A stretch of DNA of 63,924 bases, counting the filler, from Octopus bimaculoides (lineage: Eukaryota): assembly GCF_001194135.2 (NCBI RefSeq). It is 6 parts of 6 records of this genome, joined end to end, with 100 filler letters (N's around TTAATTAATTAA, not from the genome) between each part and the next. Parts side by side here need not be neighbours in the genome. Positions count along the whole stretch, not along the records: positions 45,592 to 57,205 come from NC_068992.1; positions 57,306 to 60,097 come from NC_068988.1; positions 60,198 to 62,716 come from NW_026434046.1; positions 62,817 to 63,924 come from NW_026384467.1; 2 more parts are not named here. The stretch is one strand, 5' to 3'. The notes under the pieces are model-generated. The model did not search any database, was not told the origin of the DNA, and saw only the letters and a list, made by a program, of their open reading frames with translations. Of this stretch, positions 49,735 through 63,860 are shown piece after piece. Each line of letters begins with the position of its first letter. The first letter of the stretch is position 1. The position numbers were made by a program, and so were the translations under genes.

Positions 49735-50939
49735 NNNNNNNNNNNNNNNNNNNNNNNNNNNNNNNNNNNNNNNNNNNNNNNNNNNNNNNNNNNNNNNNNN
49801 NNNNNNNNNNNNNNNNNNNNNNNNNNNNNNNNNNNNNNNNNNNNNNNNNNNNNNNNNNNNNNNNNNNNNNNNNNNNNNNNNNNNNNNNNNNNNNNNNNNN
49901 NNNNNNNNNNNNNNNNNNNNNNNNNNNNNNNNNNNNNNNNNNNNNNNNNNNNNNNNNNNNNNNNNNNNNNNNNNNNNNNNNNNNNNNNNNNNNNNNNNNN
50001 NNNNNNNNNNNNNNNNNNNNNNNNNNNNNNNNNNNNNNNNNNNNNNNNNNNNNNNNNNNNNNNNNNNNNNNNNNNNNNNNNNNNNNNNNNNNNNNNNNNN
50101 NNNNNNNNNNNNNNNNNNNNNNNNNNNNNNNNNNNNNNNNNNNNNNNNNNNNNNNCATTATATACATATATATATATATACATTATATATATATATATAG
50201 AGAGAGAGAGATTAAGAGAGAGATATGTAGGTGAAAATACGTGTATATATATATACATGTTTTTGTAGTTAATAGTGAGTTTTGTAACACTACATACATA
50301 GTAAAACACGAACAAAGTAAATAAGAACTCAATACTTTATGTAGAGCATTCGAATCCCAACGAACTCAAATATAGCCATTGTCTTTGTCCCAACATTTGA
50401 AATCAATACTTAAAGTAGACTAATAATTCATTATATAAGATAACAGCTCCAGTTTACATCCCTCTGTTACTCAAATTATTCTTTCCTTATCTTTGAATAT
50501 TCTTTAAACGGGGCTAGCTGATACAACAGATACTCTCTCATTGTCGGTTGATATCAGTGTGGTACAATGTTTTGATTGCTTGCTCCTAATTTGCCTTGCG
50601 TACGAAGTAATAATTTACGTAATTCCAGTTTATCGAGTATTTACCTACTAACATATACACATATGCTCACCGATAGAGAAACCCACACTCAATGCATTTA
50701 TACGCATATAACAAAATAAACAGAGAATGAGAGAATATCTAAATTCTAAATCTATAAATAATTGTAGAACTGATAATATGTATAATGAAATTAACGTTAT
50801 TAATAATCATTCGGAAGAAGGTTTAGATTCTATAATTGATCAAAATGTTGATAATATAGTTAGTCTTTTACCTTGTATTAATATTAATGCAAGTGAACAT
50901 ATCCACGTGTAATTAATGTGTCCACTTGCATTAATATTG

Positions 50940-51143
50940 ACCGCTCAGAAGAGTTGCGGGAGGTTTAGAAGTCGTCTAGAGGCCGTGGTTGAAGCCAATG
51001 GCGATTTTATTGAATAAATTTACTCTTTAGTATTTCAAGATATTTTTATGTAATTTCGGTAAATATATCTGTTAAAATGAGATGTCAGTGTGTTATTTTC
51101 ATTTTTTGCATAATTTAGACGACAATTTATTCACCGCACCGTG
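50940..51143 (+). mobile_element. Tc1/mariner 3' end
   Basis: CGRFRSRLEAVVEANGDFIE* followed by a TIR ending ...caccgcaccgtg|TA. Confidence 0.8.
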
Positions 51144-51145
51144 TA

Positions 51146-51182
<37 letters not shown>

Positions 51183-52092
51183 NNNNNNNNNNNNNNNNNN
51201 NNNNNNNNNNNNNNNNNNNNNNNNNNNNNNNNNNNNNNNNNNNNNNNNNNNNNNNNNNNNNNNNNNNNNNNNNNNNNNNNNNNNNNNNNNNNNNNNNNNN
51301 NNNNNNNNNNNNNNNNNNNNNNNNNNNNNNNNNNNNNNNNNNNNNNNNNNNNNNNNNNNNNNNNNNNNNNNNNNNNNNNNNNNNNNNNNNNNNNNNNNNN
51401 NNNNNNNNNNNNNNNNNNNNNNNNNNNNNNNNNNNNNNNNNNNNNNNNNNNNNNNNNNNNNNNNNNNNNNNNNNNNNNNNNNNNNNNNNNNNNNNNNNNN
51501 NNNNNNNNNNNNNNNNNNNNNNNNNNNNNNNNNNNNNNNNNNNNNNNNNNNNNNNNNNNNNNNNNNNNNNNNNNNNNNNNNNNNNNNNNNNNNNNNNNNN
51601 NNNNNNNNNNNNNNNNNNNNNNNNNNNNNNNNNNNNNNNNNNNNNNNNNNNNNNNNNNNNNNNNNNNNNNNNNNNNNNNNNNNNNNNNNNNNNNNNNNNN
51701 NNNNNNNNNNNNNNNNNNNNNNNNNNNNNNNNNNNNNNNNNNNNNNNNNNNNNNNNNNNNTATATATATATATATATGTATGTATGTAGGTAGGTATACA
51801 CACACATATGTAATATAATATTATATTATCATATGTATGTATATTGTGCAAACGTTTCGTAGGTGCAACGAGAATATAATCTTAATGTGATAACTTTAGC
51901 AGAAAGCTCAAAGAGATAGACAATGTTCATCTTTCTCAGTTTATTACATCAATGTAAAACCAGCTAACGGTGTCTAACACAAAGAAAACAAATTATGAGA
52001 CACACACACACACACACACATACACACACACACACACACATTCATATATATATGTGTGTATGTATTTATGTATTTGTGTGTGTATGTGTATA

Positions 52093-52175
<83 letters not shown>

Positions 52176-53424
52176 ACTTGTTACAGATAATTATTATTCC
52201 TGCCCATGGCACTTTGTTTCTTGCAAAAAGACGCTACACCTCGTGCATATCCCCGGGTTTCGTTATAGATAATTCGATCTGAGTACTGAATAATTAAAGT
52301 AAAATTGGTCAGACCGATGTTTGCCGAAATTATTCGAAACTGCTCGGTTACTGCTACATTATGTGTTATATTATACACGAGATGGCACAAGCCTCAGATT
52401 TAATAACAAAAGGATGGGTTACATTCAAAATTATGGAGATATATAGATATTTCGCAGGTGCAACGGTAATATAATTTTACTGTAATAACTTGTATAAAGA
52501 ACCGAAAGACATAGAAAGTATTCAGTACATGCATTAATGTAAAAACAGCTAAAAGCATCTAACACAAGGAAAACAATTTAGGTTCTACAGACACCGAAAT
52601 AAATATAGGTATTACATATATTTGTTATTCCTGGACATTTTCCATGTATTTATTACTTCTGTTGGTACAGTTCTGTTTTGAGAAGTTTAAATTTTGTGCC
52701 GAAAGTGCTGATTGGTTGTTACTCTCTATCTCTGTACTGTCTACATCCAACTTGCTTTAACATTCGCCGATAAGATCGAGAAATATGGCAGAATAGTCAT
52801 CATACTGAGGGGATTTATCTTCCAAGTCATAGTTCTCACAATAGAGATGGGAAACGGCTCTCAGTTTCTGAGAGAATGAGGACAGAGCCCTTAAGGCAAG
52901 GGCAGAAGTAGCTGAGAAAACTTCCAGATGAATCTGGCCCAGGAGGAATTAAAAGTGAACTTCAGAAAGCATAATTTGCTCTACACTCAACTGGTGTCTT
53001 GGACCAAAGTGGTTACGTCATCCAAGGTACCTTAGTTGTAGGGCGTCTACACCACCAAAGAAGATGCAATTTACAATGCAGACAGCAGCACAAAATGTGG
53101 CAGAAGCAAGGTGTCCAATAGCCATGACCTGAATGTGGCCCGTCTCACGTAGCGTGTGAGGAGTTAAGGGCGGAAACACTTGCATGAGGATGGGGTAGGG
53201 GGATCTTCTCTGAAAACCTACTGTTCAGTTCTCCCTAAAGTTTTGTACTAAATTATCTTTTATCTTTTACTTATATATTCAAACGCTGGAAGTTACTCTG
53301 TCGGTCTATTTTGCCAAACCACTAAGTTACGGGGATGTAAACACACCAACACCGGTTGTCAGGCGGTGGCGAGGACAAACACAGGCACAAAGACACACAC
53401 ACTCACACACGCGCGTACATGCAT

Positions 53425-53507
<83 letters not shown>

Positions 53508-53528
53508 TACATGTATGTGTAACCATCC

Positions 53529-53595
<67 letters not shown>

Positions 53596-54214
53596 GTAAC
53601 GAAGGCGCCCCTTCGTAATCGCTCAACCTAATAGAAATAACCTTTTTCTCCCTCAAATTTCTCCTGTCTAAAAAGTTAAAAAATATTAACTTTTGTTTAA
53701 CATCAAGCTGTGAAGCCGACTAAGCATTTCCTGACGCCATTTCTGTTGAAATGCTCAAATTTTGTTTCAATGAATTTTGAAAATAACGAAAAATTTAGTA
53801 TTTTACCTGTCATCATAAAGTTGGAGTTTGGAAAATAAATTAAATACGAAATTTCGATGTTAGATTTTCAGTTAGATCATTTTAAAACAGGAAGCTTGTG
53901 TCAGAGGCTCAGGAGTGGCCCCCGGGCGGCTTGTTATCAAGAGGCTGGATTATTAGTTATACATATGTACTTTAGCANNNNNNNNNNNNNNNNNNNNNNN
54001 NNNNNNNNNNNNNNNNNNNNNNNNNNNNNNNNNNNNNNNNNNNNNNNNNNNNNNNNNNNNNNNNNNNNNNNNNNNNNNNNNNNNNNNNNNNNNNNNNNNN
54101 NNNNNNNNNNNNNNNNNNNNNNNNNNNNNNNNNNNNNNNNNNNNNNNNNNNNNNNNNNNNNNNNNNNNNNNNNNNNNNNNNNNNNNNNNNNNNNCACACA
54201 CACACACACTAGTT

Positions 54215-54730
54215 ACACCAATGCATATGTTCTTTCGTAAGTTTCTGCATCATTTGGTCCAGCTGGTTGCAGTATCTTTCGGCCATGATTGATGAACCGG
54301 GTTTAAATGAAATCATAATGGGTCACACCTGCGCCAGACAACCAAACTCACACCATCAGCTTCTTTTGATGAATTTCGCTTTTTGGACTGTGTTTTGGTG
54401 GCTCTTCTAAGTCCAACCATTGTGCTGAACGTTTACGGTTGTTGTATTGGATCCATTTCTCATCACATGTTACAGTTCGATTAAAAAATGTCTGTGATGC
54501 TGTATTTCCAAGAAAGAACTCATATTTCAAAACTGCACGAATTCCCGACTTATCTATCTCTAAACAAAACAGCAAAAATACTTTATAAAGCGCAAAATGA
54601 GTTAGAATAAAGAAATGTGTCAGCTTTCTAACAAAAAATAAAGGTTGTCAAAATATAATAATGGTGCAAAATGAGTAGCTGTCAAAATTTACCATATACC
54701 TTGCTACAAATTTCATATTTGACGACCTAA
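54215..54730 (-). mobile_element. Internally deleted mariner (Mos1/SETMAR-like) transposon
   Basis: IRAVLKYEF...(deletion)...VTCDEKWIQYNNRKRSAQW...KKLMV. TIR ttaggtcgtcaaatatgaaa with TA at 54731-54732. Confidence 0.85.
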
Positions 54731-54762
54731 TACATAGGCACGTACATACATACGTACATACA

Positions 54763-54793
<31 letters not shown>

Positions 54794-55876
54794 CCTGTTG
54801 ATGTTGTCGAAATTCCAATGAAGCAGCCTTGGATCTTGGTTAGAAACCGACTCTTTCTCTACTGGCAAGAAATCTTGAAATGAAATTGTATAATGACATA
54901 CATAAATAGTGGTTGCTCCATTTTCACAATTGATTTCCGACTCCTCATACTTACTTGTTGTCAACGACATTTCTGACTTTCGATCCATGACTTCTCAGAT
55001 AACTTTTTCGTCCCACGAAAGTTGTAACTTGCTGTGCAGTTCCAACTGGTTAGGTCTGCACTTGTCAGTACTCATCTGTTGCCATAAGACTTTCAATAGA
55101 TGTAATGACAAATAAAGGTAAAGACCCCCTTCAGTCATAAATGACCATGGAATTGCATCTAGAAAGTTACTCTCCGGGGCACAGCTGTCTTTATGGAAGA
55201 CCAGCAGTCGCTCATGCATATCAGCCTCCCTCTCTGTGCCACTGATGTAATCCAAGGGAAAAGCAAAGGCTGATACAGCGTGGCACTAGTGACACTGCAA
55301 CTCATTTTTACTGCTGAGTGAACTGGAGTTGTATGAAATAAAGTGTCTTGCTCAAGAACACAACACACAGCCCGGTCCAAGAATCGAACTTACCTCATGA
55401 TTGTGAACTCTATGCTCTAACCCCTGAGCCATGCGCCTTGAGAAATGATTCACCGTAAAGAGACATCTTGTCGCCAATGGATCATAGTGATAAATACAAC
55501 TCGAGTAACGCTCTCTGAGTTTCCGTGATTAGTACTTTAGAGATAAGAGCGAAGCGAGATGATCAGCAATCACGTGAAGCTGCAAGTATTACATCAGAGT
55601 GACCCTCTCATGAAAGGATGCTGTGATAATAGCTAGATAACCCTCACTTCCAGAGGTTTCACTGTGTTCCCTGACATCAATCGAGGCTTGGTTTCCGGGC
55701 TCATTTGGAATTTTAACCTACAGCTGGGACCCGTAGACCTGGAAACAATAGTGGCTAAGAATTGGTTCCACGCTTCCAAAAAACCCTAGATTTCCCAAAC
55801 CAGACCTTCATTGCCGTATGCAGTCATACCTAGAGCATACATACATACACACATACACTCGCATACATAAATACAC

Positions 55877-55927
<51 letters not shown>

Positions 55928-56160
55928 CAAACATGAACATATACATACATTCATAGGTATGCACACATACATACACACACATACGTACATACATACATAC
56001 ATATATACATACGTACATACGTACGTACATACATACATACATACATACATACATACAAACATACATATGTTTCATTACCTCAAGAATCTCCAATCAGCCG
56101 AGAAACTATGTAGATTAAGAATAAGATAAACATCGTTCATCGCACTCAACAACTTTTAGT

Positions 56161-56196
<36 letters not shown>

Positions 56197-57305
56197 NNNN
56201 NNNNNNNNNNNNNNNNNNNNNNNNNNNNNNNNNNNNNNNNNNNNNNNNNNNNNNNNNNNNNNNNNNNNNNNNNNNNNNNNNNNNNNNNNNNNNNNNNNNN
56301 NNNNNNNNNNNNNNNNNNNNNNNNNNNNNNNNNNNNNNNNNNNNNNNNNNNNNNNNNNNNNNNNNNNNNNNNNNNNNNNNNNNNNNNNNNNNNNNNNNNN
56401 NNNNNNNNNNNNNNNNNNNNNNNNNNNNNNNNNNNNNNNNNNNNNNNNNNNNNNNNNNNNNNNNNNNNNNNNNNNNNNNNNNNNNNNNNNNNNNNNNNNN
56501 NNNNNNNNNNNNNNNNNNNNNNNNNNNNNNNNNNNNNNNNNNNNNNNNNNNNNNNNNNNNNNNNNNNNNNNNNNNNNNNNNNNNNNNNNNNNNNNNNNNN
56601 NNNNNATATATATATATATATGTATGTATATAAATATATATATGTAATTATACATATGTAATTATAGATACACAAACATAGATAGATAGATTGATAGATA
56701 GATAGCTTGATAGATAGTGAGATAAAGGGAGAAATAAAGAGTGAGAGGGGGAGAGGGAAAGGGAGGGAGAGAGAGAGGTAGAGTGAGAGAGAAAGAGAGA
56801 GGCAGAGAGAAACAGAAAAATGGGGGTGGTAGCAGCTTGATCCAGTGCTGTTGTCAACTTTCTATCTTGTGCACTTAGAACATGTTTCTACTAGATAGAT
56901 AGACACAGGCAAGTAGATCAACAGACCCACAGACAGGCAGACCGTCAACCAGACCGACAGGCTGGATAGACAGGCGGGCAAATAAATAGACACACACACA
57001 CATGAATATATACATATATATTTACGACGGGATTCTTTCAGTTTCCGTCTACCAAATCCACTCACAAGGGTTTGGTCGGCCCGTAGCATTAGTAGAAGAC
57101 ACCTATACAAGGTGCCACGTAGTGGGACTGAACCCGTAATCATGTGCTTGAGAAGCAAGCTCTTTACCACATAGCCATGTCTGCGCTTATATATATATAT
57201 ATATANNNNNNNNNNNNNNNNNNNNNNNNNNNNNNNNNNNNNNNNNNNNTTAATTAATTAANNNNNNNNNNNNNNNNNNNNNNNNNNNNNNNNNNNNNNN
57301 NNNNN

Positions 57306-57741
57306 TGTAAGTAAACATTATCAACCGCATATACTTAACGTATATGTTCCGTGTATTTTCCGGTAGGCTGCGCTTTGGTGTGATGGCGAATACTCTTTCA
57401 AAGCACCGGGTGCCGAAATACCCGAAAGTCAGGGACAAACGAGATAACTCATCTCTAATCCCATCAAGAATGATGGATGTTTCGCCATTTTTGTATCTTG
57501 TCGACATCACGTGTAAGTCGTGGACTGGCGATATGATTCATTTTCGATCCTGTACGGCTGCATGATTTTGATAAGACACAAAAATGGTGGAACATCGATG
57601 TCCATCACTCCTATACGGGATTAGAGGTGAGTAACATCACCTGTTCATGAATTCAGGTGTTGTGGCACCCGGTGCTTTGAGAGAGTATTGTCCACCACGC
57701 CATAGCAGCCTACTGTGTATAAGTGGTTGATAATGCTTACA
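57306..57741. mobile_element. ~435 bp foldback element with TGT...ACA termini
   Basis: Arms about 57306-57512 and 57560-57741 include perfect inverted blocks tcaaagcaccgggtgcc (17 bp), cattatcaacc, ctctaatccc and ccatttttgt. Confidence 0.75.
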
Positions 57742-57744
57742 CGC

Positions 57745-57787
<43 letters not shown>

Positions 57788-57892
57788 TTGTGAACAAGTT
57801 ATTCTAGCACCGCCTTCGCCGTTATAATTGTGTTAGCTCAAAACTACAGCGGCAAAGGGCATGCTGTGTGTGTCTGGGCACGCATGCATGTG

Positions 57893-57933
<41 letters not shown>

Positions 57934-58789
57934 ATCTGAACTTGTGAGTTTTTGTCTGTCCTTGTGAGTTCATGTATTTGCATATGAGAAACGTGTACGT
58001 GCGTATGTATGTGTGCGTGTGTGTGTGTGTGTGTGTAATGCGCGCGCGCTTCTCATAAGCCAACGGAAGTGCATGAAAAGAATATCTTCCAATCATGTAA
58101 ACGTTTCCGTTTACTTAAGAAAACATAAGGAAGTTTTAAACAAAACAACAACGACATATGTAAATAAATATAACAACCCCAATGATCTTAGCTTTAATCT
58201 GTGTAATATGCGAGTAGCAAGCAACGTGAGAAAGATTTGTTCCGTTAAATACATTCATCACAACAGGATTTTACGGTGATAAAACTCAATAAGGTTCTAC
58301 TATTGTTTCCTCTGAGTATTTTAAAGTTCTTTTAAGCGAGATATACTACTTCCCAGTTGCTCAATTCATAGCTTATTAAACCCTCCGGATGTCGTCTGTA
58401 ATTAGCTTTCCTTTTACCCACAGGCATTTTTACATTATTTTTCTTCTATTTTTCTTTTCATTACATTATCATGAAATGATAAAGTGAAGGAGAAAGAAAG
58501 GAGATGAAAAGCAAGAAATATCTTCTTTCTTTTATTGTCTTTGTCTTCTCTACACAAGTCTATGTCTCTTAGTCTATATGACGACAGTCTGCTGCTCTCA
58601 TTTCCTTTTTAAATCTTTACAACACTAAAGACCGCCCGTCCGCCTCATTGCCATACTGCTGGTGGTCTACCAGCAGACGACACGCAGAGGTTATACCATG
58701 CCGAGATTTCATTCCAACAGGTTTCTTTATTGCCTCATTTTAGTTTGACTTCATTCTTCTGTCGGTCTTTTTTCTCTTCTCTTTCAAAT

Positions 58790-58905
58790 TTTTGTCCACC
58801 ATACACATGCACGCACGCACTCATGCACGCACACACACATACACACGCACACACACGCACACGTATCTAACTATCCATCTATCCATCTATCCATCTATCT
58901 ATCCA

Positions 58906-58982
<77 letters not shown>

Positions 58983-59973
58983 GTCTGTTTGTCTGTCTGT
59001 CTGTCTGTGTTCGTGTATGTGTGTACATATGTATGTATGTGTGTGTATATATACATATATATAGTTATATGTAAGTGAGTGTACGCACGTACATACATAC
59101 ATACATACATACATACATACATACATACATGCATGCATACATACATTATACACTTATTCACATACATAGTTATATCTTCGTCTTTACTCCTTTTAACACC
59201 GAATTCGATGTGGCTTCTTTCTCCTCCACAGAAACACGCTCCATTTACTGTTTCTTTATAACTCCTTTTTCCTTCGCCCTACTCCTCCTCCATTTTCTTT
59301 TCTTACTACCTACCGCTCTTTACTTGGCACAGAGACTCCTTTTGCTACTTGTGTCACCTTCCTTCACCACAAAACTCCCGCAACTTCAAGCCTCACAACA
59401 ATAACATACATGTGGACAACCTCCCGTTTTCTTCAATTTTTCTTCCTCTTTTTTTTTTCCCTACCTCCTCAATCTTCTTAATACCCATTTTAACTTTCAA
59501 AGTCTGGCCTTGAGAATAAACGTGGGAGTCTCTTGCAGACGACCCAATTTTTGTCAATCAAATTCCACGCATTTTTTTGTTTGTATTACGCGAAGAGAAG
59601 GAATATATAGTCTGCTGTGGCGGCTATATAAGGGAGGAGGAAGACAGTGGGAAAAAGAGGAGAGAAAAGTATACACACATGTGTGTGTGTATGTATGTGT
59701 GTGTGTGTGTTTGTGTGTATGTGTGTGCGTGCGCATTCGTGTGTGTGCGTGTGTGTATATGTCTAGGTATGTATATATGTATGTACATATATGTATATAT
59801 ATATATATATACATGTATATATACATATATATATATATGTATATATATATATACATACATATACATACATACGTATATATATACATATATATACATACAT
59901 ATATACATATATATACACACACATGTAGACACTATATACACACACACACACATATATACATATATATATATAT

Positions 59974-60009
<36 letters not shown>

Positions 60010-60018
60010 GTATATATA

Positions 60019-60097
<79 letters not shown>

Positions 60098-60240
60098 NNN
60101 NNNNNNNNNNNNNNNNNNNNNNNNNNNNNNNNNNNNNNNNNTTAATTAATTAANNNNNNNNNNNNNNNNNNNNNNNNNNNNNNNNNNNNNNNNNNNNATA
60201 TATATGTATGTATATATATGTACGTATATGTACGTATATA
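58790..60240. repeat. Compound microsatellite field ((CA)n, (TA)n, (TCTA)n, (TACA)n)
   Basis: Read directly. Similar fields lie at 51995-52172, 53395-53595 and 55830-56200. Confidence 0.95.
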
Positions 60241-60267
60241 TATAAGTACATATATTATGTATATGTA

Positions 60268-60812
60268 TTATCATCATCATCATCGTTTAACGTCCGCTTT
60301 CCATGCTAGCATGGGTTGGACGATTTGACTGAGGACTGGTGAAACCGGATGGCAACACCAGGCTCCAATCTAATTTGGCAAAGTTTCTACAGCTGGATGC
60401 CCTTCCTAACGCCAACCACTCAGAGAGTGTAGTGGGTGCTTTTACGTGTCACCCGCACGAAGGCCAGTCAGGCGGTACTGGCAATGGCCACACTCGAAAT
60501 GGTGTCTTTTATGTGCCACCCGCACAAGAGCCAGTCCAGGGGCACTGGCAACAATCTCGCTCGAAAATCCTACGAAGGCCAGTCAGGTGGTACTGGCAAC
60601 GGCCACGCTCAAAATGGTGCATCTTATGTGCCACCCGCACAAGAGCCAGTCCAGGGGCACTGGCAACGATCTCACTTGGCTTGCTGGGTCTTCTCACGCA
60701 CAGCACATTTCCAAAGGTCTTGGTCAGTAGTCATCGCCTCGGTGAGGCCCAATGTTCGAAGGTCTTGCCTCACCACCTCAGCCCAGGTCTTCCTGGGCCT
60801 ACCTCTTCCACG
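60268..60812 (-). mobile_element. RTE LINE 3' end (ORF C-terminus + 3' UTR + (GAT)n tail)
   Basis: RGRGRPRKTWAEVVRQDLRTLGLTEAMTTDQDLWKCAVREKTQQAK* then UTR. Related tails lie at 6717-7020, 10736-11130, 11963-12260, 33075-33360 and 60862-61090. Confidence 0.88.
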
Positions 60813-61161
60813 ATGAATATATATGTATGTATATATGTACATATGTATGTATATATATATATATCATCATCATCATCATCGTTTAACGCCCGCTTTCCAT
60901 GCTAGCATGGGTTGGACGATTTGACTGAGGACTGGCGAACCAGATGGCTGCACCAGGCACCAATCTGATCTGGCAGTTTGTACAGCTGGTTGCCCTTCCT
61001 AATGCCAACCACTCCAAGAGTGCCAGTTTGGCGGTAGTGGAAACGGCCACGCTCAAATGGCATTTTTTACATGCCACCTGCACAGGAGTCACGTATGTAT
61101 GTAAATATATATATATATGTGTGTGTGTGTGTATGTGTATATGTGCGTGTATATGTATGTA

Positions 61162-61195
<34 letters not shown>

Positions 61196-63860
61196 CACAC
61201 ACGTTGATATTCTTTTCTCTTTTACTTGTTTCAGTCATGTGAGTGCGGCCATGCTAGGGCACCGCCTTTTGTCGAGCAAATTGACCTCAGGACGTATTTT
61301 TTGTAAGCCTAGTACTTATTCTATCAGTCTCTTTTGCCGAATTGCTAAGTTTTTTGAAAGGCTGAATGCAGATTCTCCCTTTAATTTGAAGTAGTTTCCG
61401 ATAGATTTCTAACATAGTTTCTTCATACTTTACTTTGAATTTACTGGTGTAAATTAGTGTAGATATGAAAAGTTATATAGATATATTAAGTCTATGATTT
61501 AACTTAATAAATAAAATTCAGCAGATTCAGTCATATTTTACGTAAATGAAGGAGATTAGATGTTAATATGGATGATAATTTTTTTATTCATGTAGCTATA
61601 CAATCATTTCGTACAGAAAGACAAGTTTATTTTAAGAATCTGAGTTGTCAAAAAGTTCTTGTCAGTAACTGAAAATAAGAAAAAAGCTAAAAAGACATTA
61701 GGATGATGTAGGTATGATTTTCATACTCATTTTTAAAAATGTGTTATTGTTCTTGTAGTCATGTCTATTTAAAACACGACTAAGGGATAACGCTTGGGTA
61801 TTAATATATATAATACTAATAAGGGTAACATTCTCTCTATAGACTAGTATAAAGGAGCTAATTTAAAACTCCCATATATGAAGTAAATAACTGCTGGGGC
61901 TGTATATTACAGAAAAGGATTAACCAAATAAGGAAGTATGGAATTTTGAAATACTGGGGGGATGGAAATTTACATCTAACTGTCAATAATCAATGTGGCT
62001 AAGTAATTAATTAAAAAAATGTGTTTAATAGTGATGATAAATAGTTTGTGGTATATAAAATTTATAATTAAAATGTTTCATGCAAATGTCTAATTTTAAT
62101 AGAAGAAAATAAGTGTAATATTTCGGAATGTAGTTAAACTTGTAGAAGGATATTTTGAGAGGTGAATACTAAAAGACGGTTAATAACATAAAACTAAAAT
62201 AAAAGTTAAAATTAGAAAATAAAAAGTAAAAAATAAAAATATGAAGATGAGGGGTAATTTAATTACATTGTCTGCTGCTAAAACATATCTATGGAGCAGT
62301 ATAGAAAAGTTATAGGAGAACAGTAACGAATAAAGTCGGAATTATGAGTAGTGTAGGGGAGATAACAGTTAGGAGTAAAAAAACAAACAAAAAAACAGTG
62401 TCTCATATTTGCTATAATAATGAAAAGTAAATAGGTTGACATCATATATAGATGGATATGTACATGCAAAATTATGTATCATACATAGCTTCATATGTAA
62501 AAGTTTATGCGTGTACATACCAGTACAACATATATGCATATACAAACACAGACAATTACGAAAAAAAACAACCAAACAGACACCTGTACATTCAATAATG
62601 TATATACTAATAGCCCATACACATCAATAACATAGTAATACTCTTATACATGGAATACTCAGACTAATGTGTACACACACACACACACACATATATATAC
62701 ACAAATACACACACACNNNNNNNNNNNNNNNNNNNNNNNNNNNNNNNNNNNNNNNNNNNNTTAATTAATTAANNNNNNNNNNNNNNNNNNNNNNNNNNNN
62801 NNNNNNNNNNNNNNNNAATTCCGCCGAGGTCGACTTTGCCTTTCATTCTTTCAGGGTCGATAAATAAATTACCAGTTGCGAACTGGGGTCGATCTATCAA
62901 CTGTAAATAAAAACATGACAACACCTTGAAAGATGGTGGAAGAATTTTGGCGGAATCTGATAAACGAAAATATTTAGTGAAATATAATTTAAAGACAGGA
63001 CGAAAAGCTTTCGAATGAAGCATAGTTCATTAAATAAAATGAGATCTATAAAAATGTTCAATACAGAAGACAAATGCAATGGAATTCCCAATATAGAAGA
63101 AAGCACACGACGCACAGAAAAAGATTTTTCCACAAAATCGCATTTCGAGATACTGTGCCACCGCATGCATTTGTAGAAACATGAATCAATCAGAGGACGA
63201 TAAATGGCACAGTGCTGCTTATTTCCCACTTTCATCAAAGCCCAAAGAATTTTTCGTTCGGTCAGTTTGACGAACTCAACGCTGAAAACGGACGGAATAC
63301 AAGTATATGATATGAAAGAAAGAAAACAGATGGACAATGATATTATGCAACATATGAAACAGAATTTGTGGAAAACAAGTGTTTCTAGTTTCTGTTCCGG
63401 TTCAGGAATTCGCAAAAACACCGGTCGCTCATAGGAGGATGAGTGACAAAGTACCATTTATTTCCTACTTGAGTCAAAGACCAAAGTAATTCCCAGTTGA
63501 TCTAGAGTCAGTCACGTCATGTGATTTGGCAGATTCTACGCTGCGGTTCATAGTTCTAAACTGAAATGGGAAAGATGACATCCCTCCCACTTGTGGCCAC
63601 GGTAGCCACAAGTCAATGTGTATAGTAGTTCCCGGTAGAGGCGAATCTCCAATACATTCGTTTTGTGTGTCACGATTGCGACAAGGTAGGACAAAAAGTA
63701 GTAACTGTCATGTCTGGAGAAGCACTTCACTGAATAGCCACTGGTCAGCGAGCAGTTCTCCTCCGTTATGATTTCGTCTCGCAAATTTAATTTCATAAAT
63801 TGCGACCAGAATACGCAATTTACAGAATACGTAAATAAAATCGGATATAGGCGGTGTGCA

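Noticed and set aside
59510-60149. Long YI/CV/HT-repeat ORFs (also 51-53 kb, 55.8 kb and the N-spanning ORFs)
   Set aside because: These are microsatellite or gap read-through, not genes.
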